Shown here: one piece after another, positions 54,711 to 62,158 of the stretch | How the letters are laid out: every line of letters starts with the position of its first letter | Numbering within the stretch: the stretch's first letter is position 1 | Origin: Planctomycetota bacterium | Lineage (GTDB): Bacteria; Planctomycetota; Phycisphaerae; WQYP01 | Length of the DNA: 64,000 nucleotides | NCBI GenBank assembly: GCA_021851715.1 | Contig: JAJZCR010000005.1 | Location: 2,329-66,328 of the forward strand | Reading direction: 5' to 3' | The notes under the pieces: generated by a model | Seen by the model: only the letters and a program-made list of their open reading frames with translations | What the model was told of the DNA's origin: nothing | Databases searched by the model: none | Program-made: the position numbers and the translations under genes

Positions 54711-55307
54711 GGCATCCTCTGTTGAAGGGTGACAAATGCTCGGCACCAGAAGCGGTGCCGCTGTACGCCGATACATAACATATTTATACAGATATGATTA
54801 TATAATAAGTACGCACTTGCTGTGCAGAGGAGAAAGTGTAAAATCCGCGCCACCAGGCTGGGGCCTGTGGTATTGGGAAACTGAATGCAGGAGGAAAACG
54901 CTTGTCACCGATGGCCGGACGAATTTCAGAGGAACCGGAAATGGCACCATGCTGGTGGGCGCGGCGGCAGTGGCCATTGGAAGTGCATGCACCACGATGC
55001 AGACCGGAGGTTGCCGATTTTCACCGCCGGTGCCCGAGCACGCACGGTGCATCCCGCCGGACCTGGCCGTCATCATCATGGAATTCATCATTCCGCAGCG
55101 GCAACAGGCGCTCACTTCGCGGCCACGCGCAGCCCGGCACACCCCCGTGGTCACCACGGTCGGAAACGCCACGCCCACGATCAACGCCGGTACCATCAGC
55201 CGGCGGATCGACCAAAATAATTTCCTGAGGATGGTCATATTGGCTCGCAAAACTTGTGCATCAACGGTCCGTGCCTGTTTTTTTAGCGGTCCGGCCTGCG
55301 GGGGCTC

Positions 55308-55700
55308 TCAACGATGCAATTGATCCTGCAGTTTCACGGCCATCCACATGCCGCCCATTTTCCACCATATCTTCATCGGAAAAATCGTATCATCCGCCGG
55401 ATCCATCTTGCCCTTCACTTGGATGGTTTTCCCCACATACGCGGCCAACGGACCCGGATTGGTCAAAAGCGTCCACGCCTTGCCTTTAATCAGAATGCCG
55501 GCCGGCATGCCACTGGCCAAACACTTTTTGCCGCAGGTTTTGCCATGCGCTCGGCCTTTCATTTGCATGGTGCTGTAACAGGCCATATCCAACAATTCAC
55601 CCTTGACGGTTACTTTTTTTAGCATGGTCGCATGGGCCGCCATACCCGCCCCTGCTACCAGCATAACGACCGTCACGATCGAAAAAGTCATTTTGTGCAT
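55308..55700 (-). CDS. Small secreted Met/Cys/His-rich protein (candidate periplasmic metal-binding protein)
   Basis: AGGAG 8 nt upstream of the ATG at 55700. Signal peptide 'MHKMTFSIVTVVMLVAGAGMAAHA'. Mature part is about 105 aa and includes 'DMACYSTMQMKGRAHGKTCGKKC' and 'WWKMGGMWM'. Confidence 0.6.
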   Translation of the reverse strand: MHKMTFSIVTVVMLVAGAGMAAHATMLKKVTVKGELLDMACYSTMQMKGRAHGKTCGKKCLASGMPAGILIKGKAWTLLTNPGPLAAYVGKTIQVKGKMDPADDTIFPMKIWWKMGGMWMAVKLQDQLHR

Positions 55701-55774
55701 GCGTCCAGCTCCTAACGAAAAACATCCTTATTCTGCTCGTCGCCGGCACCATGTCCGCGACTCCATAGCTTACA

Positions 55775-55800
55775 ACGAGACCCAAGGCCTAAAAAGTTCA
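55775..55800 (-). promoter_or_regulatory. ECF-type promoter candidate P2 (TGAAC-N18-CGT) upstream of the small periplasmic protein gene
   Basis: The minus strand reads TGAACTTTTTAGGCCTTGGGTCTCGTTGT, 75 nt upstream of the ATG at 55700. It is near-identical in layout to P1 at 57651-57676. Confidence 0.45.
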
Positions 55801-56097
55801 AAACCCTTGATTTTTAATTTTCCATGTTTGTCCTGAGGCGTCGCACTCAGTCGCCAATCTCCCTGTTACCCTGCACAGCAACCTGAAACATCCAATGAAT
55901 AAACGAGTTAGGGTCGCATCCAGCCAAATCACCGGTAACCAGGATTTCGGCACGGCGATCGGCCGGATGCCGGTATGGACATGACCGCGGCAGGGCTGTT
56001 ACGAACATCGCCAAAACTCATGTATTGCGACAAGTGATGCATGGCGGGAAAACCCGGAGGCGGGTGGCTCCCGCGACGCAGTAGCCGTGGATGAATT

Positions 56098-56694
56098 TCA
56101 TGCTGTCGGCTCTTGAAGATGCCGGCCGCTTTCTGCCAATCGATCGGCCAGCAACAATCTTCGCAAAATCGCCCGGCCACGGCTCAGTCGCGAGCGAATG
56201 GTTCCCACCGGAACATCCAAAATCTCCGCCGCCACCGCATAGTCATAACCACCGATATCGACGAGTAAAATAGCCCAGCGCATGTCTTCGGGCAGTCCCC
56301 GGATGGCCTGTATCAGTTGCGCGTCGGACACACATTCCATTAATTCATCGGGATGGTCAATCTCATCGGGTGCCGGCACCGCAGGCGAGGCCGCCCGCGC
56401 GGCGGGTTCCGCAGCCAAAGCCTCCAAACTGATAACCGGTCCTTCGCCCGCGTGCTTCCGCCACCGGTCCGTCCAGGTATGACGCAAAATGGTCAATAGC
56501 CACGCCTGAATGCCATTCTGGTCCTGAAGCGTGCGCAGCGCGCGGCTGGCCTTAAACAGCGTCTCCTGGGCAAGATCCTCGGCTTCGGCGAGATTTTGGG
56601 ATAACAGCGTGGCGCTGCGCAGCACCATGGCTCGGTGGGGCCACACAAGGCGATAGAAATCAACACAGGTATCTTGCGATTCCGGAACGGCCAT
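56098..56694 (-). CDS. ECF (group IV) sigma-70 family RNA polymerase sigma factor
   Basis: Region 2 'AEDLAQETLFKASRAL..W.AWLLTILRHTWTDRWR' and region 4 'GYDYAVAAEILDVPVGTIRSRLSRGR'. Confidence 0.88.
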   Translation of the reverse strand: MAVPESQDTCVDFYRLVWPHRAMVLRSATLLSQNLAEAEDLAQETLFKASRALRTLQDQNGIQAWLLTILRHTWTDRWRKHAGEGPVISLEALAAEPAARAASPAVPAPDEIDHPDELMECVSDAQLIQAIRGLPEDMRWAILLVDIGGYDYAVAAEILDVPVGTIRSRLSRGRAILRRLLLADRLAESGRHLQEPTA

Positions 56695-56919
56695 TCCCCT
56701 TCACTTTGGGTTCACCTTCCATGTTGATTTTATACCCGACTGCCGCGGCAAACCAATCTGCCCAGATCGCCGGATTGGGCCCAAATAGCTGAGGGTGCCG
56801 ATGTTTGTTAAATTAAAGTGTGTCTTTAGCGTGATGGGAGGAAAGAACCTATACGCCCTTTTCCCATTCGAATCATCCGGCGTTGGCGGCGTTGTCCATG
56901 GCAGGTCCAACCAGGCAAT

Positions 56920-57573
56920 TCAGTCCCGCAAGTGTGACGCCATCGCCAGCAATGCCGCGGGCGAACTTCGCCCCATCAGACACATCCAATGCCCGTGGCG
57001 TTTGGCCTCAACCAGGTTGAGGTCATGGGTCCGCACCACCTGATATTGAACCCCCTGGAAATGCACCCTCTGTCCTCTGGGACCGGCAATATGGTTGCCC
57101 GTGAGCACCACCACCGGGTGGGATCCCGACGAAAGCATCGCACATGAAACCTGCTGATGTCGAATTTCAGTCATGTAACACGAATTCATCCTGGCCATGT
57201 GGCAGGTTTTAAGCCCCGGCAGGCATATACAGGCCTGGGCTATCGCCGCAGCCGCCTTCGACTCCGTAAACCGGCCAGCACTGACAGGCGAACGGGCCAT
57301 GGCAGACCGGTACGCGTGCGTTAAATCGGCCAGCGAGGCCCGGGTCGGGACGGCCGAGAGGATGGAAAACAACACCAACCCCATGGCCAAAAACGCTGCG
57401 GCTCCGGCCACCAGGCCCACACCAAATTGGCGTAAATTCCTCCGCGGCAACACAATGGCCTGCCTCAGCCGTTGATCCAACGCCCCCGTATCCACCGGAA
57501 TCGTGGCCAGCCGTCGCAGGCGACGCGTCAGTACCGCGTCAAAGGCATTATCCTTGGGATCAGGCGTAGGCAT
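56920..57573 (-). CDS. Single-pass membrane protein with Cys/His/Met-rich extracytoplasmic domain (candidate anti-sigma factor / sensor)
   Basis: GGAG upstream of the ATG at 57573. A cytoplasmic segment of about 50 aa, then TM 'VGLVAGAAAFLAMGLVLFSILSAV', then an outer domain with 'ACICLPGLKTCHMARMNSCYM' and 'HGHWMCLM'. The function is inferred from context only. Confidence 0.45.
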   Translation of the reverse strand: MPTPDPKDNAFDAVLTRRLRRLATIPVDTGALDQRLRQAIVLPRRNLRQFGVGLVAGAAAFLAMGLVLFSILSAVPTRASLADLTHAYRSAMARSPVSAGRFTESKAAAAIAQACICLPGLKTCHMARMNSCYMTEIRHQQVSCAMLSSGSHPVVVLTGNHIAGPRGQRVHFQGVQYQVVRTHDLNLVEAKRHGHWMCLMGRSSPAALLAMASHLRD

Positions 57574-57650
57574 GGGCCACTCCGTGTGTTGCGAGCCGTC
57601 AAATCAGGCGTACAAACTGGCTATCTGCACACCCGCCCACGTGAAGATAA

Positions 57651-57676
57651 ACGCAAATGGCGGCCAAAAAAGTTCA
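57651..57676 (-). promoter_or_regulatory. ECF-type promoter candidate P1 (TGAAC-N18-CGT) upstream of the anti-sigma-like gene / ECF sigma gene
   Basis: The minus strand reads TGAACTTTTTTGGCCGCCATTTGCGTTTA, 78 nt upstream of the ATG at 57573. Confidence 0.45.
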
Positions 57677-57813
57677 ACCCTACGGGTAAAACATGCGTCA
57701 AGAGACCGCGCGAAAATAAATTCATATTTTACACAGGAATTTTGGTCGCCGGAGCAAGGCGCAACGGGCGAGCAAAGGGCGAAGAATGAAGAAGTGTGAA
57801 TTGCCAGCCATCC

Positions 57814-58827
57814 TTAGGGTTTCCGCCGCTTGCGCGGCAGCAGTGTCAGGCCGGCCATTGCCACACCGAAAAGTGCCAGCGTGCTGGCTTCGGGCGTTTC
57901 TACTGCCGTACCGGCAGTAGTTAAATTCCAGCCCACCACGTCCAACGCGATAAGCTCATTACGTCCAAGAACGGGATTAACCCCGGGGGAACCAAATGCA
58001 TCCTGAACTTGCGGCGGACTATTCCCTTGGGCCTGCGCCGGCGTAACGCCATTCCCCCAGTCCGCGTAATCCGAGCTTCCACCGTATTGATTGAAGTGCA
58101 CCAAATCGGTGCTGCCACCATCGATCGAAAAGTACGGAGCAATATTGGTACTGGTGCTGTAGCTTCGGACGCCGCTGGCCGTGTACCGGAACAAGTCCAA
58201 TGGGCCCACCGCCCCGGTTGTGAGGTTCCCACTGCCCAACTCCGATCCAGTCCCACCGATGGCAAGCACCTCATCGATTTCGTGTGCGGCAACAGACTGC
58301 GCCGAATAACCACTGGGATTTGAGCTATTGGCCATCAGCCCCAAGTTCAAAGAGATAGTGCTGTCGGGTGCTCCGGGTGGCGGATTCGCGATGTATCCAA
58401 GCGCCCTTAAAAGCGGCAAGGTGGTGGTTATATTTCCGCTGGTGTTGCCCGGCACCGGATCATTCGGACCGGGTGGCAACGAAGCGATCGCGGTATTATC
58501 GTAGGAGGACCGCGTTTGGTTGTTTTCTAGATTAGATAGGTATTGAGAGTATGTTATCGTACTGACGTACGTGCTGCTCTGACCAAGCCCGGAATTCATA
58601 CCCGCAAAAGTGATATTCACCGTCACCGGATTGGCTATATAACTCTCCACCGTGGAGATCGCCTGGTTAACCTGAGATTCGTAATATGCGGTATTGGATC
58701 CGCCGTAGGTGCCAAAGCTGGAAGCAAACGTCGCATTGATGGTCAGCGCCGGTGCAACCGCAGCTGACCCCAGCAGCATCAGCGCCCCAGGCAACACCGC
58801 AGCCGACCAACTGCGAGCACTCAGCAT
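57814..58827 (-). CDS. PEP-CTERM-anchored secreted protein with metalloprotease-like 'HEIDEVL' motif (exosortase substrate)
   Basis: Signal peptide 'MLSARSWSAAVLPGALMLLGSAAVAPA', with the start moved to the ATG at 58827. The C-terminus 'TPEASTLALFGVAMAGLTLLPRKRRKP' has the PEP-like motif, a TM helix and a basic tail. Central motifs are 'AAHEIDEVLAIGG' and 'LDLFRY'. Confidence 0.75.
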   Translation of the reverse strand: MLSARSWSAAVLPGALMLLGSAAVAPALTINATFASSFGTYGGSNTAYYESQVNQAISTVESYIANPVTVNITFAGMNSGLGQSSTYVSTITYSQYLSNLENNQTRSSYDNTAIASLPPGPNDPVPGNTSGNITTTLPLLRALGYIANPPPGAPDSTISLNLGLMANSSNPSGYSAQSVAAHEIDEVLAIGGTGSELGSGNLTTGAVGPLDLFRYTASGVRSYSTSTNIAPYFSIDGGSTDLVHFNQYGGSSDYADWGNGVTPAQAQGNSPPQVQDAFGSPGVNPVLGRNELIALDVVGWNLTTAGTAVETPEASTLALFGVAMAGLTLLPRKRRKP

Positions 58828-59159
58828 CCGCCCAGTAGAATTTACCACGCCTGGGCAACCTGCCACACTTTCCGTGCGAACATTTTCACCAGCCATAACC
58901 ATCTCCTCATTTTCTGGTGCATCTTGCTCCTTCGAAGCCATAACCACGCTTCGAAAGAAAGGGCCAAGAGCCTTTACGGGAATCAGTTTAGCCAGCACCC
59001 AGACCAAAGGCAAGAAAAAAAATGTCATTTTTCGTCAATAAAAATTTAGATATTATTTCAATTGAAGAGTGGCAATTCGCCGGAGTCAATTATTCGGTAT
59101 ATTGCCTGCTACCTCACCGGCATCAAACCGCCCTACCAGCAAATGCCCATAGCCCGCTT

Positions 59160-62156
59160 CTATGGCCCGCCTTCGCCGGCAATGGCCGCCAATTCCGATT
59201 CCTGCTGGGCAAGCTGACTTTTCAGGCCTTCCACCACTTTGGCCGGAGCTTTGCTCATAAAAGCTTCGTTGGCCAGCTTGGACCGGTTGCCGGCGATAAA
59301 GCGTTCCAGTTCCGCGCGGCGCTTGGCCAGCCGCTGCATTTCCACTTGCGGATCTATCACGCCGGCCACGAATATCTGCACATTGGGCACGATGGCTACG
59401 GCGGCATTAGCGGGCTTTTGCACATCCACGGCAATGGTGAGCAGACTGCCGGAAAGTGGTTCAATAATTCCCCGGCCGGCCTCCAGCAGCAGTTGAAATT
59501 CCGCGGTCGCCGGTTGCAGCGTTACTTCCAGAACTTTTCTGGAATCCACATTGTATTGGTTGCGGATGTCCCGAATTTTGCGGGTTATTTCCTGCACCAG
59601 CGCCAGTTGCGTCTCGGCCTGCGGCGATGCCAATTGTGGTATCACCTTTGGAAATGGTGCTGTGATCACCGACCCGGTGCGCTGGGGTAATTTTTCCCAA
59701 ATTGCTTCGGAAATAAACGGCATCAGCGGATGCAGCAGTCGCAGGCTGGTGTCCAGGCAATACAACAAAATGGCCTGCACGGTGCGATCCTGTTGGCGCA
59801 GACGATTTTTGGCAATTTCCAGATACCAATCGCACAGGTCATTCCATAAAAATTCATACAATGCCGCCGCCAGCGGAGCAAAGCGAAAATAATGAATCGA
59901 TTCTTCCACCAGGCCCACCGTGCAATTGAGCCGGGCCAGTATCCATCGGTCAGCCATATCCACATTCTGGATCAGGGCAAGGATTTCCCTGGTGGTGGGC
60001 ACGGCAACATCGGCTGCATTGGATAAAATAAACCGCGATGCGTTCCAGATCTTATTGGCGAAATTCCGGCCCGCATCAAAACGCGGGCTGGTGTTGCGGC
60101 CGGTGGTTTTATCTTTCACCACGGGCAGGCGAATATCCTGCGTGTCGGTAATCATGGAGGCCAGCGTATAACGCAGGGCATCGGCCCCGTGGCTGTCCAC
60201 AATATCCACCGGGTCCACGCCGTTGCCAAGAGATTTTTTCATCGGGCGGCCTTGGCCATCCTGAATGACGGCATGAATGTAAACCTGTTTGAACGGCACT
60301 TCGCCATGCAAATACAGGCCGAATATGACCATCCGTGCCACCCACAAGGAAAGAATTTCCCGGGCGGTGGATAGCACGCTGGTGGGATAAAAATAAGGCA
60401 GAATCTGATCCTCAGCCCTGTCGCTGGTGCCCCTGGCCGGCCAACCCATGGTGGACAGCGGCCACAGTGCGGACGAAAACCAGGTGTCGAGCACGTCGGG
60501 GTCTGGCGTGAGCAATTCGATATCCTCCAACATTTTTCCGGAGAAGGCTGGCAGTTCTTCCCTCAATTCATCTAAATTGCGGTTGGTTTGGCGCATCGTG
60601 TTTGCGAGCCTGGCCATTATCTCATTGGCCCGGGCACTGCCTGCTAGGATGCGCAGCTGCAGCGGAGTTTCCACCTCGTCGACGCGGAAATCGGAGGAGG
60701 CCAGGCCTGATTCCTCCAAGAACTCCTCGACGGTGTTGTGAGCGCGTCTGAGAGCATCGCCGCTCCTGTCAGGCTCCCCCATCGACCAGTTACAATGGAC
60801 GGAGGCGACCCACACCGGTATCTGATGCCCCCACCACAACTGCCGGCTGATGCACCAGTCGCGCTTTTGGCTTAGCCAGTCGATATAACCTTTGGCATAG
60901 CGCTGGGGCGTTATCTTTACCCGGCCGGATTCCACCGCGTCAATGGCAGCCTGAGCCAGCCCACTGGCTTTGCGGCCATCGGCCAGCGTAATGCCGCCTT
61001 CCACATCGCCCATTTTCACAAACCATTGCTCGCTTAAATACGGCTCAATAGGCGTTTTACTGCGGTCGCTGTGGCCAACTTCATGTTCGTGCGGCTTTTT
61101 CTCCGCAATAAGTCCAAGATTTTCAAGGTCTTCCAGCACTTTCTTCCGGGCGGCAGTGGCAAATTTCAAGCCCGTGTAATCGTATGTTTTTCCGTTGAAA
61201 GTGCCCCGGCCATGGTCATTAACCCTGCCATCAGGCGTAAGCAAATTAATTTGCGCCAAGTGGTGCCGCTGTCCCGTGGCGTAATCATTGGGATCATGAG
61301 CCGGTGTCACCTTCACCACACCGGTGCCGAATTTTGGATCCACCAGCAGCCCATCGGCAATAATGGGAATTTCCCGCCCCACCAGCGGCAGCAGGACGCT
61401 GCGCCCGATAAGATTTTTATACCGCAAATCTTCCGGATGGACCGCCACGGCGGTATCGCCCAGCATGGTTTCCGGGCGGGTGGTGGCGACAATCAAAAAT
61501 TCCGGCTCGCCATCGCGCCGCCCCACCACCGGATAACGGATACTGGCTAATTGCCCCTGCACCGGTTCATAATAAATTTCATCATCGGCGACTGCGGTCT
61601 GCAGTTGGGTATCCCAATTCACCAGGCGCAAACCCCGGAAAATCAGGCCATCCTTAAAAAGTTCGAAAAATGCCTCGCGCACCGCCCGGGCGCATTGGTC
61701 ATCCAGGGTAAAGCGGGTGCGATCCCAATCGCAGGAGCAGCCAACCAGTTTAAGCTGCGAAATAATGCGGGTTTGATATTCATCCTTCCATTGCCATATG
61801 CGCTTGACCAGACCTTCCTTGCCCAAATCATGGCGGGAAAGTTTTTCCTCTTCAAAAATGCGCTTCTCCACCACCGCCTGCGTGGCAATGCCGGCGTGAT
61901 CTGTGCCGGGCATCCAAAGGGTGTTGTCCCCTTTCATCCGGTGGTAGCGAATCAGCACATCCTGAAGGGTGCCGTTAATGGCATGGCCCAGGTGCAAGGC
62001 TCCGGTCACATTGGGCGGAGGAATGACAATGCTGAAGCGCTGTTCGGGCGGCCGGTTATCCGGTGCCGCATGAAAAGCACGTGCTTCCAGCCACTGGGCA
62101 TAAATCCGCGTTTCTACGGCTTTGGGGTCATACTGTGGGGCTGATTCAGTCGTCAT
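59160..62156 (-). CDS. valS: Valine--tRNA ligase
   Basis: HIGH 'PPPNVTGALHLGHA', the KMSKS equivalent 'PMKKSLGNG', a 'WCISRQLWWGHQIPVW' editing/CP1 region and a C-terminal coiled coil. Confidence 0.93.
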   Translation of the reverse strand: MTTESAPQYDPKAVETRIYAQWLEARAFHAAPDNRPPEQRFSIVIPPPNVTGALHLGHAINGTLQDVLIRYHRMKGDNTLWMPGTDHAGIATQAVVEKRIFEEEKLSRHDLGKEGLVKRIWQWKDEYQTRIISQLKLVGCSCDWDRTRFTLDDQCARAVREAFFELFKDGLIFRGLRLVNWDTQLQTAVADDEIYYEPVQGQLASIRYPVVGRRDGEPEFLIVATTRPETMLGDTAVAVHPEDLRYKNLIGRSVLLPLVGREIPIIADGLLVDPKFGTGVVKVTPAHDPNDYATGQRHHLAQINLLTPDGRVNDHGRGTFNGKTYDYTGLKFATAARKKVLEDLENLGLIAEKKPHEHEVGHSDRSKTPIEPYLSEQWFVKMGDVEGGITLADGRKASGLAQAAIDAVESGRVKITPQRYAKGYIDWLSQKRDWCISRQLWWGHQIPVWVASVHCNWSMGEPDRSGDALRRAHNTVEEFLEESGLASSDFRVDEVETPLQLRILAGSARANEIMARLANTMRQTNRNLDELREELPAFSGKMLEDIELLTPDPDVLDTWFSSALWPLSTMGWPARGTSDRAEDQILPYFYPTSVLSTAREILSLWVARMVIFGLYLHGEVPFKQVYIHAVIQDGQGRPMKKSLGNGVDPVDIVDSHGADALRYTLASMITDTQDIRLPVVKDKTTGRNTSPRFDAGRNFANKIWNASRFILSNAADVAVPTTREILALIQNVDMADRWILARLNCTVGLVEESIHYFRFAPLAAALYEFLWNDLCDWYLEIAKNRLRQQDRTVQAILLYCLDTSLRLLHPLMPFISEAIWEKLPQRTGSVITAPFPKVIPQLASPQAETQLALVQEITRKIRDIRNQYNVDSRKVLEVTLQPATAEFQLLLEAGRGIIEPLSGSLLTIAVDVQKPANAAVAIVPNVQIFVAGVIDPQVEMQRLAKRRAELERFIAGNRSKLANEAFMSKAPAKVVEGLKSQLAQQESELAAIAGEGGP

Positions 62157-62158
62157 TG

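Noticed and set aside
55929-56180. An 83-aa minus-strand ORF just downstream of, and overlapping, the ECF sigma gene, considered as a candidate anti-sigma factor.
   Set aside because: It overlaps the sigma C-terminus in another frame. It has no TM helix and no zf-HC2 (Hx3Cx2C) or other anti-sigma signature.
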